Source: Caulobacterales bacterium (lineage in GTDB: Bacteria > Pseudomonadota > Alphaproteobacteria > Caulobacterales > Caulobacteraceae). Taken from it: a DNA stretch of 64,000 bases. The notes beneath the pieces were generated by a model that was not told where the DNA came from, ran no database searches, and was given only the letters and a program-made list of their open reading frames with translations. The stretch spans positions 24,318-88,317 of the forward strand of contig JBBROW010000002.1 in the NCBI GenBank assembly GCA_038228945.1, written 5' to 3'. Shown piece by piece: positions 8,776 to 18,492 of the stretch (the first letter of the stretch is position 1; each line of letters opens with the position of its first letter). The position numbers and the translations under genes are program-made.

Positions 8776-10557
8776 GTGGCGAGCCTGACCGAATCTCTGC
8801 CGAACACGGCCCTCACCCGCCTCTTCGAGCAGAAGATCCGGTCTGGCGAGGCCGTGTGGTTTTCGGTGCCAGGCGGAATGCCACTGTTCATGGCGGGCGA
8901 GCCGGCCCAAACCCTCTATCTGCTGCGCACCGGCCGGCTGGGCGCCATCCGCCGCGAGGAAGGCCACGAGCCGCAGTTCCTGGGGGTCATCCGCCCCGGG
9001 GAGCCGGCCGGCGAGATGGCCCTGATCGCCGGCGCCGCCCATTCGGCCAACGTCATGGCCCTGCGCGACTCGGAAATTCTCGCCCTGCCGCGGGACGTCT
9101 TCTTTCACGCCGCCGAGTCAGACGCCGAGGTGATGACCCAGCTGGCGCGGCTGATGATCCTCCGCGCCCGCCAGACCGCCCGCAAGACCTCCACCGGCGA
9201 GCCCTCCGTGTTCGGCTTCGTGGCCGCCGCGCCTGGGGGCCACGCCCGCGACCTGGCCGAACAGGTGGCCGGCGCTATCGGCCGCCTGGACTATTCGGTC
9301 ACCGTGGTCGGCTCGGAGGCCCAGCACGCCCCCACCGAGTGGTTCTCCAACGTCGAGCATGTGCACGACTTCGTTCTCTACGCCGCCGAGGCGGATGAGC
9401 AGGGTTGGAAGACCCTGGTGGGCCGCCAGGTGGACCGGCTGTTCCGCGTGGGCCGAGGCGACATGGCGCCGCCTGTTCATCCCGACGTCCGCGCCGCCGA
9501 ACCGCTGCAGATGCAGTCCCTGATCGACCTGATACTGGTTCAGCCGGCCGCGACCCCCTTCCCGTCCGGGTCAGCCGCCTGGTGTGACACATTTCAGCCG
9601 GCGCGGATCTTCCAGGTGCGCGACGGCGACGCGGCGGACATCGAGCGCGTGGCCCGGGTCGTCACCGGCCAATCGGTGGGGCTGGTTCTCTCCGGCGGCG
9701 GGGCGCGGGCTTACGCCCACGTCGGCGCCGTCCAGGCCCTGCGTAAGCGCGGCGTACCTATCGACTTCGTCTGCGGCGTCTCCATGGGCGCTATCATCGG
9801 CGCCGGCGTCGCCATGGGCTGGGACGACACCGAGCTCGACCACCGCATTCGCAAGGCCTTCGTCGACACCAGCCCCCTAGACGACATCGCCATCCCCCTG
9901 ATCGCCATGACCCATGGCTTGAAGGTTCGCGACCGCCTCGCCGAGCACTTCGAGGACCGCCAGATTGAAGACCTCTGGCTGCCATTCTTCTGCCTGTCGT
10001 CCAACCTGACCACCGGGGCCTATCAGCTGCACAAGCGCGGCCTGGTGGCGGACGCCCTGCGCGCCAGCATCGCCCTGCCCGGCATCCTGCCGCCCAGCCT
10101 CTTCAACAAGGAGGTGCTGGTGGACGGGGCGGTGATGAAGAACTTTCCCGCCGACATCATGCGCACGGTGCAGATGGGTCCGATCGTCGGTGTCGACGTC
10201 AGCCGCGGGCGGAGCATCGACGCCGACGACATCGCCAAGCCGCCGTCCATCTGGCACTGGTTTTTGTCCGGGGACTGGCGGCGCGGCCCGCCCATCGTCT
10301 CCTTGCTGATGCGGGCCGCGACGGTGACCAGCGGACGCGACCTGGCCGCGGCCCGCGAAGCCACCGACCTGTTGATCCTGCCCACCCTCGACAAGGTTGA
10401 AATCCGCAACTGGAAGGCCTTCGATCCCGCTGTCGCCGCCGGCTACAGCGCTACCGGGGCAGCCCTGGACAAGCTCAGCATCCCGGTCACCCAGCTGCGT
10501 CGCCGGCCCAGCATGGAAGAAATCGCCCGGGCGCCGCCCTCGTCCCTGGGGCGCTGA
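8776..10557 (+). CDS. Cyclic-nucleotide-binding-domain / patatin-like phospholipase fusion (NTE-like)
   Basis: 593 aa, GTG start. N-terminal cNMP-binding-like region (LYLLRTGRLGAI...PGEPAGEMALIAG). Patatin motifs GGGARAYAHVG, the nucleophile elbow GVSMG, and DGAV. Confidence 0.8.
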   Translation: MASLTESLPNTALTRLFEQKIRSGEAVWFSVPGGMPLFMAGEPAQTLYLLRTGRLGAIRREEGHEPQFLGVIRPGEPAGEMALIAGAAHSANVMALRDSEILALPRDVFFHAAESDAEVMTQLARLMILRARQTARKTSTGEPSVFGFVAAAPGGHARDLAEQVAGAIGRLDYSVTVVGSEAQHAPTEWFSNVEHVHDFVLYAAEADEQGWKTLVGRQVDRLFRVGRGDMAPPVHPDVRAAEPLQMQSLIDLILVQPAATPFPSGSAAWCDTFQPARIFQVRDGDAADIERVARVVTGQSVGLVLSGGGARAYAHVGAVQALRKRGVPIDFVCGVSMGAIIGAGVAMGWDDTELDHRIRKAFVDTSPLDDIAIPLIAMTHGLKVRDRLAEHFEDRQIEDLWLPFFCLSSNLTTGAYQLHKRGLVADALRASIALPGILPPSLFNKEVLVDGAVMKNFPADIMRTVQMGPIVGVDVSRGRSIDADDIAKPPSIWHWFLSGDWRRGPPIVSLLMRAATVTSGRDLAAAREATDLLILPTLDKVEIRNWKAFDPAVAAGYSATGAALDKLSIPVTQLRRRPSMEEIARAPPSSLGR

Positions 10558-10665
10558 GCCGCCCGCCTCCTTTGGGGACAAGAACAGGCCCTCTGTGAGC
10601 GTCCCTGGCCCGAGGTCGCCTTAGGTCTCGTGGCGGCGGCGATCCCCTGATAGACTCTCCTCACA

Positions 10666-11358
10666 GTGACTGCTTCGCGATCAGGTTCGAGACCAAAGCA
10701 GCTCCGGCTGAAGTTGAAGCGTCCCGCATCCTTCGCCCGAGCCGATTTCGTCCGTTCGCCCGCCAACACCCCCGCCATCGCCGTTTTGGACGCCTGGCCC
10801 GACTGGCCCGGCGGCTGTCTGGTCCTGGTCGGCCCCGAGGGCGGCGGCAAGTCCCACCTGGCCGAGGAATGGGCCACGCGCGCCAAGGCCGTTCGCCTGG
10901 CGCCGGCCCAGACGGACCTGTCCGGGATCGCCGGCCGGCCCATCCTGCTGGAAGACGCCGACCGTGGCCCCACCGACGAGACCCTGTTCCATCTGCTGAA
11001 CATGGCCGGGACCAGCCACGGCGTGCTGATGACCGCGCGGGTATTGCCCAGCGCCTGGCCCACCGTCCTGCCGGACTTGCGCTCGCGCCTCAACGCCCTG
11101 TTGGTGGCCGAGATCGGCCCGCCTGACGACATCGTGCTGGAAGGCGTACTGCGCAAATTCTTCCGTGAACGGAATATTCGCCCGACGGAGGATGTCTATC
11201 CCTACCTGTTGCGCCGAATCGAGCGATCGGTGCCAGCCGCGCTAGACATCGTCACTCGCCTCGACGACATAGCCGACGCTGAACAGCGTGACATTACCCG
11301 GGCACTTGCGCGACAGATTCTTGAAAATGAAGATGAAACCCTCAACCTCTTTGACTGA
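10666..11358 (+). CDS. hdaA: DnaA-inactivation protein HdaA (Hda family)
   Basis: 230 aa. Short DnaA domain-III-like ATPase ([32 protein letters not shown]). Confidence 0.8.
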   Translation: MTASRSGSRPKQLRLKLKRPASFARADFVRSPANTPAIAVLDAWPDWPGGCLVLVGPEGGGKSHLAEEWATRAKAVRLAPAQTDLSGIAGRPILLEDADRGPTDETLFHLLNMAGTSHGVLMTARVLPSAWPTVLPDLRSRLNALLVAEIGPPDDIVLEGVLRKFFRERNIRPTEDVYPYLLRRIERSVPAALDIVTRLDDIADAEQRDITRALARQILENEDETLNLFD

Positions 11359-11446
11359 AGTCTTGCCGCTAGCGGCCACGGGCGCCACAAAATCGGCGCA
11401 ACCTCGATCGCGCGCCGCACGCCAGAAAAAAGTCTCGAGCCTCGCC

Positions 11447-13669
11447 ATGACCGACACGACCGCTGTCGCGCCGACAAATTCCCCGGAGAAGCTTCCGCCC
11501 GCCAGCGCCGCCGCCGCGCCGCCGCCCAGCCCCCTGCTGGGCGAGCCGGAGCGTTTCTTCAATCGCGAGCTGTCCTGGCTGGCCTTTAATCGCCGCGTTC
11601 TGGAAGAAGCCGAAAACCCGCGCCATCCCCTCCTGGAGCGCCTGCGCTTCCTGTCGATCTCGGCCAACAACCTCGACGAATTCTACATGGTCCGGGTGGC
11701 CGGCTTACGCGCCCAGGTGCGCGAAGGCGTTCGCGTGATCAGCCAGGATGGCCTGACGCCGCACCAGCAGCTGCGCAAGGTCAACGCCGAGGCCAACGGC
11801 CTGATGGAGGATCAGCAGAAGATCTGGAGCGGCCTACGCACCGCCATCGCCGACGAAGGCATCCGGCTCATGGACGCCAAGGACGTCAATGCCGCGGATC
11901 GAGTGACGGCCGAGGAAATCTTTTCCAACCATATCTTCCCGATCCTGACCCCCCTGGCCATCGACCCGGCCCACCCCTTCCCCTTCATCCCCAATCTCGG
12001 CTTTGCCCTGGCGTTGAAACTGCGGCGGATGAACGACAACCGCCAGCTCTACGCCATGGTGCCGGTGCCGACCCAGGTGGCCCGGTTCTGGGAGATCCCC
12101 GTCACGGGACAGGGCCGGCGCAAGGGGCAGCGCAAGTTCATCGCCCTGGAAAGCTTCCTGATCCTGTTCCTCGACAAGCTTTTCCCCGGCTGCAAAGTCG
12201 AAGGGCGCGGCCTGTTCCGCCTGATCCGTGACAGCGACATCGAGATGGAGGAGGAAGCCGAGGATCTGGTTCGTGAATTCGAGGCGCGGTTGAAGTTGCG
12301 GCGCCTGGGCTCGGTGGTGCGCGTGAAGGTCCAGACCTCCATGCCCGACGACCTGCGCGAGTTCATCCTGGAAGGCCTCGACGCCGAGACCCAGGACGTT
12401 GTGCGCATGGACGGCAAGCTGGGTCTGGCCCAGATGTCGGAACTGATCCCGTCGGACCACCCGGACCTGAAGTTCCGCGCCTTCCAGCCGCGCTTCCCCG
12501 AGCGCATCCGCGACCACGGTGGCGATTGTTTCGCCGCCATCCGCGAGAAGGACATCCTGGTCCACCACCCCTTCGAGAGTTTTGACGTGGTGGTTCAGTT
12601 CCTGCGCCAGGCCGCCCGCGACCCCAATGTCCTGGCCATCAAGCAGACCCTGTATCGGACCTCGAAGGACAGCCCCATCGTCGCCGCCCTGATCGAGGCG
12701 GCCGAGAACGGCAAGAACGTCGTCGCCCTGGTGGAGATCAAGGCCCGCTTCGACGAAGAGGCGAATCTGAAGTGGGCGCGCGACCTGGAACGCGTCGGGG
12801 TCCACGTCGTCTTCGGCTTCGTGGAGTACAAGACCCACGCCAAGCTCTCACTGGTCGTCCGCCGCGAGGGCGACAACCTGCGCACCTACTGCCACTACGG
12901 CACCGGCAACTATCATCCGGTGACGGCGAAGGTTTACACCGACCTGTCGCTGTTCACCACCGACCCGGCCATGGGCCGGGATTCCGGTCGTATCTTCAAC
13001 TACATCACCGGCTACGCCCAGCCCGAGCGCCTGGAGAAGCTGTCGATCTCGCCACTGAACATGAAGACCGACTTGCTCAGACTGATCAACACAGAGGCCG
13101 CCAACGCCCTGGCCGGCAAGCCCGCCGCCATATGGGCCAAGCTGAACTCCCTGGTGGACCCCGAGATCATCGACGCCCTCTACGCGGCCAGCGCCGCCGG
13201 CGTACCCATCGACCTGGTGGTGCGCGGCATCTGCTGCCTGCGCCCCGGTATCGCCGGCCTGTCGGACAACATCCGGGTCAAGAGCATCGTCGGTCGCTTC
13301 TTGGAACATGCCCGCATCGTCGCCTTCGCCAACGGCAAGGTCATGCCGTCCACCGAGGCGCGGCTGTTTATTTCCTCCGCCGATTGGATGCCGCGCAACC
13401 TCGACCGCCGCGTAGAGGTTCTGGTTCCCGTGGAGAACCCGACGGTCCACCAGCAGGTGCTGCAACAGATCCTGGTCGCCAATCTGAATGATGAGGCGCA
13501 GAGTTGGTTTCTGGACCCGCAGGGCGCATATCATCGCGCGACGGGATGGAACCGGAAGGGGGCTTTCTCGGCCCACGACTATTTCATGACCAACCCCAGC
13601 CTCTCCGGGCGGGGTCATAAGGTGAAGGACCTGCCGCGCGCGTTCGATCATGTGGGCGCTAGACGATAG
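11447..13669 (+). CDS. ppk: Polyphosphate kinase 1
   Basis: ORF 11288..13669; in-frame ATG at 11447 (MTDTTAV...). Motifs [35 protein letters not shown], and the catalytic-His region [14 protein letters not shown]. Confidence 0.93.
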   Translation: MTDTTAVAPTNSPEKLPPASAAAAPPPSPLLGEPERFFNRELSWLAFNRRVLEEAENPRHPLLERLRFLSISANNLDEFYMVRVAGLRAQVREGVRVISQDGLTPHQQLRKVNAEANGLMEDQQKIWSGLRTAIADEGIRLMDAKDVNAADRVTAEEIFSNHIFPILTPLAIDPAHPFPFIPNLGFALALKLRRMNDNRQLYAMVPVPTQVARFWEIPVTGQGRRKGQRKFIALESFLILFLDKLFPGCKVEGRGLFRLIRDSDIEMEEEAEDLVREFEARLKLRRLGSVVRVKVQTSMPDDLREFILEGLDAETQDVVRMDGKLGLAQMSELIPSDHPDLKFRAFQPRFPERIRDHGGDCFAAIREKDILVHHPFESFDVVVQFLRQAARDPNVLAIKQTLYRTSKDSPIVAALIEAAENGKNVVALVEIKARFDEEANLKWARDLERVGVHVVFGFVEYKTHAKLSLVVRREGDNLRTYCHYGTGNYHPVTAKVYTDLSLFTTDPAMGRDSGRIFNYITGYAQPERLEKLSISPLNMKTDLLRLINTEAANALAGKPAAIWAKLNSLVDPEIIDALYAASAAGVPIDLVVRGICCLRPGIAGLSDNIRVKSIVGRFLEHARIVAFANGKVMPSTEARLFISSADWMPRNLDRRVEVLVPVENPTVHQQVLQQILVANLNDEAQSWFLDPQGAYHRATGWNRKGAFSAHDYFMTNPSLSGRGHKVKDLPRAFDHVGARR

Positions 13670-13676
13670 ATCCCGA

Positions 13677-15185
13677 ATGAGTGACGCCGCCGTCATCGAC
13701 GTCGGCTCCAATTCCGTGCGCCTTGTCCTCTATCGGCTCGAGGGCCGCGCGGTGTGGACCGTCTTCAACGAAAAAGTGCTGGCCGGCCTTGGCCGTGACC
13801 TGGCCGTCACGGGTCGGCTGTCGCCCGAAGGCGTCGAGGCCGCCATCGGCGCCCTGACCCGGTTCAAGGCGTTGCTCGACGCCGGCCGCCCGGCCCAGAT
13901 CTTCACCGCTGCGACGGCCGCCGTGCGCGACGCCAAGGACGGCGAAGCCTTCTGCCGCCGCGTCCTGGCCGAGACCGGCCTGGATCTGCGAGTCCTGAGC
14001 GGCAAGGAAGAAGCCTACTACGCCGCCTATGGCGTGGTTTCCGGCTCCCCCGCGTGCGAGGGCATCGTCGGCGACCTCGGCGGCGCCAGCCTGGAGCTGA
14101 TCCGGCTGGAGAACCGCGAGCCCAGCGATGGCGTCACCCTGCCGCTCGGCCCCTTCGCCATGGTTGACCAGGGTCGCTTCGATCCGGACAAGGTCAAGGC
14201 TGTCGCCGTCAAGGCCATCGCGCCGGTGGCGGGCCGGCTGAGCGCCCAGACTCTCAACGCCGTCGGCGGCGCCTGGCGGAGCCTCGCCATTCTTCACATG
14301 AGAATGACAGACTATCCCCTTGAGATTGTTCACCAATATGAGATGACGCGGGGCGAAATCCTCGACGCATGCCGGGTCATCTGCCGCCAGTCGAAATCCT
14401 CCCTCGACCGCATCGAGGGCATGTCTCGCCGCCGCTTGGAGACCCTGCCGCACGCCGCGGCGGTGATGGAAGCCGTGGTCGAAACCCTGGGCGTCCAGCG
14501 GGTAGTCGTCTCCGCCTATGGCCTGCGCGAGGGCCTGTTGTTCGAAGGCATGTCGCCGGCCATGCGCGCCCGCGACCCGCTGATTGAAGGCTGCGCCGCC
14601 CTGGGCGCCCGCCAAGGCGTCAACGAGGACCTCGCGCCGGCGCTGGAAGCCTGGCTGCGGCCGGCCTTCTCGACCCTGGAGCCGGTCTTCGGCGCTCGCG
14701 ACCCGGTGTTGCTGGCGGCGGGCTGCCGCCTCGCCGATCTTGGGGCGCGGCTGCACCCCGATCATCGCGCTGACCTGCTGTTTGAACAGGTCCTGCGTGC
14801 GCCTATTCCGGGCATGGACCATGCCGAGCGGGTGTTCCTGGCCTGCGCCGCCTTCGGCCGCCACACCGCCCTGCCGACGATCCCGGAGCCGGAATTGGTG
14901 GCGCGCCTGCTCAGCCACGACGACTATCGCCGCGCCCGGGCCCTGGGCAGCGCCATGCGCCTGGGGTGCGACTTGTCTGGCCACAGCGCCGAGTTGCTGA
15001 GCCACTCCCGGCTAGACTTCAAACCCAACACGGTGCTGGTCCAGGCCGAGGAGGATTGGGCGGGTATGCTGCTGGGCGAACAGACCGCCAAGCGCGCCGG
15101 CGCCCTGGCCGCCCTGCTGGACCGCGACGTCAAGCTCCGCGCCGTCAAGGGCGCCCTGAACCGCAAGGTCCAGGCGGCGGAATAG
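13677..15185 (+). CDS. ppx: Exopolyphosphatase, Ppx/GppA family
   Basis: ORF 13650..15185; ATG at 13677 (MSDAAVIDVGSNSVRLVLY). Ppx/GppA N-terminal motif, and located directly after ppk1. Confidence 0.88.
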   Translation: MSDAAVIDVGSNSVRLVLYRLEGRAVWTVFNEKVLAGLGRDLAVTGRLSPEGVEAAIGALTRFKALLDAGRPAQIFTAATAAVRDAKDGEAFCRRVLAETGLDLRVLSGKEEAYYAAYGVVSGSPACEGIVGDLGGASLELIRLENREPSDGVTLPLGPFAMVDQGRFDPDKVKAVAVKAIAPVAGRLSAQTLNAVGGAWRSLAILHMRMTDYPLEIVHQYEMTRGEILDACRVICRQSKSSLDRIEGMSRRRLETLPHAAAVMEAVVETLGVQRVVVSAYGLREGLLFEGMSPAMRARDPLIEGCAALGARQGVNEDLAPALEAWLRPAFSTLEPVFGARDPVLLAAGCRLADLGARLHPDHRADLLFEQVLRAPIPGMDHAERVFLACAAFGRHTALPTIPEPELVARLLSHDDYRRARALGSAMRLGCDLSGHSAELLSHSRLDFKPNTVLVQAEEDWAGMLLGEQTAKRAGALAALLDRDVKLRAVKGALNRKVQAAE

Positions 15186-15341
15186 ACCATCCAATACAAG
15201 ATGTTGTGGTCCGATATACGAGACGCGGACGCAACAGGATCAGGACGTCACCGTCCGCCTGCGCCGCGTGGCATCCGCGGACCAGGGGACTTGAGGGAAA
15301 AGTTTTGCCTTGAGCGACGGCGAGGCGCCAGGGCGCCCTGC

Positions 15342-16508
15342 CTAGTCCTTCGCCGCCCGGCGCACTGGCACCACGCGCACCCGCGCGCCGTCCAGCACCA
15401 GGGCCAGTTCGCCGCGCTTCAGCTTCAGGGCGTCCTCGCCGAAGGCTTCACGCCGCCAGCCGTGCAGGGCCGCGCTGTCGGAGTTGTCATCGTTGGCGAT
15501 CTTCTCGAGGTCCGAGACCGTGGCGATCAGCTTCGACGCCACCCCGGCGTCTTCCGCCCGCGCTTACAACAGCACTTTCAGCAACTCCACCACCGCCCCA
15601 GCCGCCGGCGACGAATGCACCGCGGCGCGCTCGATCACCGGGGCATAGGCCTCCGGATCCTTCAGCGCTGCCTTGATCGCTTCCAGCATGTCCGGGCCGA
15701 ACTTCGAGCCGGCAAAGCCCTTGGGCACCGAGCGCAGGCGATTTAGCCCGTCAGCGTCCACCGGGGCCTGGGTGGCCAGTTCATCGATGGCCTCGTCCTT
15801 CAGGATCCGACCGCGCGGCTGGTCCCGCGTCTGGGCTGTGCGCTCGCGCCAGGCCGCCACGGCGCGGAACACCGCCAGGTATTTCACCGCGTGCTTGCGG
15901 GGCTTGAGCCGCTTCCAGGCGTTGTCCGGCTCCACGTCGTAGAGCGCCGGGTCAGACATCGCCAGCATCTCCTCGGTCACCCAAGGGAGTCGCCCGGCCT
16001 TCTCCAGCCGCTGGCGCAGCATCGGAAACAGCGCCGCAAGATGCGTCACGTCCGCCAGGGCGTAGGTCAGTTGCGCATCGCTCAGCGGCCGGCGGGCCCA
16101 GTCGGTGAAGCGGCTGGACTTGTCCAGATCGATCTTCAGCATCTGGCGCACCAGGGCGTCATAGGCGATCTGCTCGCCGAACCCCGCCGCCATGCCGGCG
16201 ATCTGGGTGTCGAACAGCGGCCGCGGCATGGCCCCCAGGTTGTTGAAGATTTCCACGTCCTGCCGCGCGGCGTGGAACACCTTTTCGATGCTTTCGTCGC
16301 GCAGGATGTCCAGGAACGGAGCCAGGTCCAATCCTTCGGCCAGCGGGTCGATAACCGCCTCGGCCGAGGGGGCCGCCGCCTGGATCAGGCACAGCTTGGG
16401 CCAGTAGGTCGTCTCACGCATGAACTCTGTGTCCACGGCGACGAAGGGCTGGCCTTTCAGTTTATCGCAAAACGCCGCCAGTTCGGCGGTGGTCGTAATC
16501 GGCGTCAT
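15342..16508 (-). pseudogene. rnd: Ribonuclease D interrupted by an in-frame TAA at 15564-15566
   Basis: ORF 15564..16508 is a DEDDy 3'-5' exonuclease (FVAVDTEFMRETTYWPKLCLIQ, YALADVTHL). ORF 15342..15542 is in the same frame, 7 sense codons after the stop, and continues as a typical RNase D C-terminus (...[32 protein letters not shown]...). Confidence 0.85.
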
Positions 16509-16606
16509 CGGCTAGCTATAGCGCCGCGAGCGGCCGAGTCTGCAAGCGCGAACCGATCAGGCACGATCATTTCCTTGAAGCACTTCACCCAGATTGTCTT
16601 CCTCCC

Positions 16607-17632
16607 ATGACTGAAGGCCAAAACGGTCTCACCTACGCCCAGGCCGGCGTCGACATCGATGCGGGCGCCGCCCTGGTCGAGAAGATCAAGCCGCTTGCCA
16701 AGGCCACCCGCCGCCCGGGGGCTGACGCCAGCCTCGGTGGGTTCGGCGCCCTGTTCGATCTGAAGGCCGCCGGCTACGATGATCCGCTGCTGGTCACCAC
16801 CACCGACGGGGTCGGCACCAAGCTGAAGATCGCCATCGAAACCGGCCTGCCCGACACCGTCGGCATCGACCTGGTGGCCATGTGCGTCAACGACCTGCTG
16901 GCCCAGGGCGCGGAGCCCCTGCTGTTCCTGGACTACTACGCCACCGGCAAACTGGATGTGGACACAGCCGCCCGCGTAGTGGCCGGCATCGCCGAGGGCT
17001 GCCGCCAGGCCGGCGCGGCCCTGGTGGGCGGCGAGACCGCCGAGATGCCGGGCATGTACGGCGAGGGGGACTATGACCTGGCCGGGTTCTCCGTCGGCGC
17101 CGTCAACCGCGGAGCCGTGTTGCCGGCGCTGGACGACCAACGCCCCGGCGACCTGCTGATCGGCCTGGGCTCTTCCGGCCCCCACTCCAACGGCTATTCC
17201 CTGATCCGGCGCATCGTTGAGCAAACCGGTTTGGCCTGGACCGCCGACGCCCCTTTCGCGCCCGGCCAGACCCTGGCCCAGGCCCTGATGACCCCCACCC
17301 GTATCTACGTCCACAGCGTCCTGCCTCTGGCCAAGGGCGGACTGATCAAGGGGGCCGCCCACATCACCGGCGGGGGCCTGATCGAGAACCCGCCCCGCGC
17401 CGTCGCCCAGGGCCTGGTCGCCGCCATCGACTGGAACGCCTGGCCACAGCCGCCGGTGTTCGCCTGGCTGCAGGCGCAGGGGGGCGTCGCCGACGCGGAA
17501 ATGCGCCGCACCTTCAACTGCGGCCTGGGCATGATGCTGATTGTGGCCCGCGACATGGCCGAGCCGGTGTTGGCCGCCTTGCTAGGCGCCGGCGAAGACG
17601 CCTTCATCTGCGGCCAGTTGGAAAGCGCATAG
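16607..17632 (+). CDS. purM: Phosphoribosylformylglycinamidine cyclo-ligase (AIR synthetase)
   Basis: 341 aa. Motifs [31 protein letters not shown] and [11 protein letters not shown]. Confidence 0.95.
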   Translation: MTEGQNGLTYAQAGVDIDAGAALVEKIKPLAKATRRPGADASLGGFGALFDLKAAGYDDPLLVTTTDGVGTKLKIAIETGLPDTVGIDLVAMCVNDLLAQGAEPLLFLDYYATGKLDVDTAARVVAGIAEGCRQAGAALVGGETAEMPGMYGEGDYDLAGFSVGAVNRGAVLPALDDQRPGDLLIGLGSSGPHSNGYSLIRRIVEQTGLAWTADAPFAPGQTLAQALMTPTRIYVHSVLPLAKGGLIKGAAHITGGGLIENPPRAVAQGLVAAIDWNAWPQPPVFAWLQAQGGVADAEMRRTFNCGLGMMLIVARDMAEPVLAALLGAGEDAFICGQLESA

Positions 17633-17689
17633 CAAGACGCCGCCCACCTCGCGGCGAGCGGCGCTGCTTAAGCTAGACGTCTGAAGACC

Positions 17690-18109
17690 TCAGCCGGTGA
17701 TGTCGCCGTCCGTGAAAAACTGCGCGATTTCCAGCGCGGCGTTCTCGGCGCTGTCGGAGCCGTGCACCGAGTTCTCGCCAACCGACAGGGCATAGAGCTT
17801 GCGGATGGTGCCTTCGGCGGCCTGTTCGGGGTTGGTGGCGCCCATGACTTCGCGGTAGCGGGCCACGGCGTTGTCGCCTTCCAGGATCTGAACCACCACC
17901 GGTTCGGAGGTCATGAACTCCACCAGCTCGCCGTAGAACGGGCGGGCTGCGTGGACTTCGTAGAATTTTTCGGCCTGGGCCTTGGACATCTGGATGCGGC
18001 GTTGCGCGACGATGCGCAATCCGGCGTCTTCGATGACCGCATTTACCTTGCCGGTGAGGTTCCGCTTGGTGGCGTCGGGCTTGATGATGGAGAAGGTGCG
18101 TTCGGTCAT
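17690..18109 (-). CDS. ndk: Nucleoside diphosphate kinase
   Basis: 139 aa. Starts [13 protein letters not shown]; contains NSVHGSDS. Confidence 0.96.
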   Translation of the reverse strand: MTERTFSIIKPDATKRNLTGKVNAVIEDAGLRIVAQRRIQMSKAQAEKFYEVHAARPFYGELVEFMTSEPVVVQILEGDNAVARYREVMGATNPEQAAEGTIRKLYALSVGENSVHGSDSAENAALEIAQFFTDGDITG

Positions 18110-18290
18110 GGTCTCTGAAAAGGCCCGCTGAAGGTTTGGTTTTTGAAGAGTGGGCGCTTATAACGACGCCCGCCCCGTCCGCCAAGGCGGTGTGCAAGAA
18201 AGGATGACCGTGACCCAGGTTGGACCCAAGACGACCAGACGGCCTTAGCGCCACCCTCCCCGCCAAGCCCAGTCTCTGGCGGATGACGCC

Positions 18291-18367
18291 CTAGTGTGCC
18301 GGATCTGAAGTTCGCCTGCTGATCGGATCAGATCCGGAGCGGACTTCAGATGCGTAAAGCACACTAG
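18291..18367. repeat. 77-bp nested imperfect inverted repeat (long hairpin) in the ndk/ABC-F intergenic region
   Basis: Outer arms CTAGTGTGC / GCACACTAG pair 9/9. The next arms CGGATCTGAAGT / ACTTCAGATGCG pair 11/12. The apex contains the palindrome CTGATCGGATCAG. Read directly from the sequence. Confidence 0.6.
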
Positions 18368-18395
18368 AAAATCATCTCCTTGCTAGTGTCCCTAT

Positions 18396-18449
18396 CGGTT
18401 CCGAAGTTCGTCGGAGCTCGCCATCACGCGCTGGCGAACTCCGGAACCG
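18396..18449. repeat. Second long hairpin, 44 nt upstream of the ABC-F start codon
   Basis: Arms CGGTTCCGAAGTTCG (18396-18410) and CGAACTCCGGAACCG (18435-18449) pair at 14 of 15 positions around a 24-nt loop. Confidence 0.55.
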
Positions 18450-18492
18450 GGACGCTAGGTCTGTCCAACTCCAGTCCAACGGTTTCCAAGTC

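Noticed and set aside
8776-10557. Patatin phospholipase as the effector of a CBASS-type anti-phage operon
   Set aside because: No CD-NTase/cyclase, E1/E2/JAB or other signalling genes are adjacent. The flanks are leucine catabolism genes and hdaA. The nucleotide-sensor-like domain is fused within the same protein. I kept it only as a stand-alone curiosity.
10558-10665. DnaA box upstream of hdaA, and a weak TGGATAG near panC
   Set aside because: I found no good match to the TTATCCACA-type consensus by eye.
16607-17689. purM is not followed by purN; ndk is convergent only 57 bp away
   Set aside because: This is gene-order variation only. There is no remnant of purN in the gap and nothing else unusual in the sequence.
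17633-17689. Bidirectional terminator between purM and ndk
   Set aside because: Only short (5-6 bp) GC stems with awkward loops could be drawn, and there is no U-tract. This is not convincing enough to annotate.
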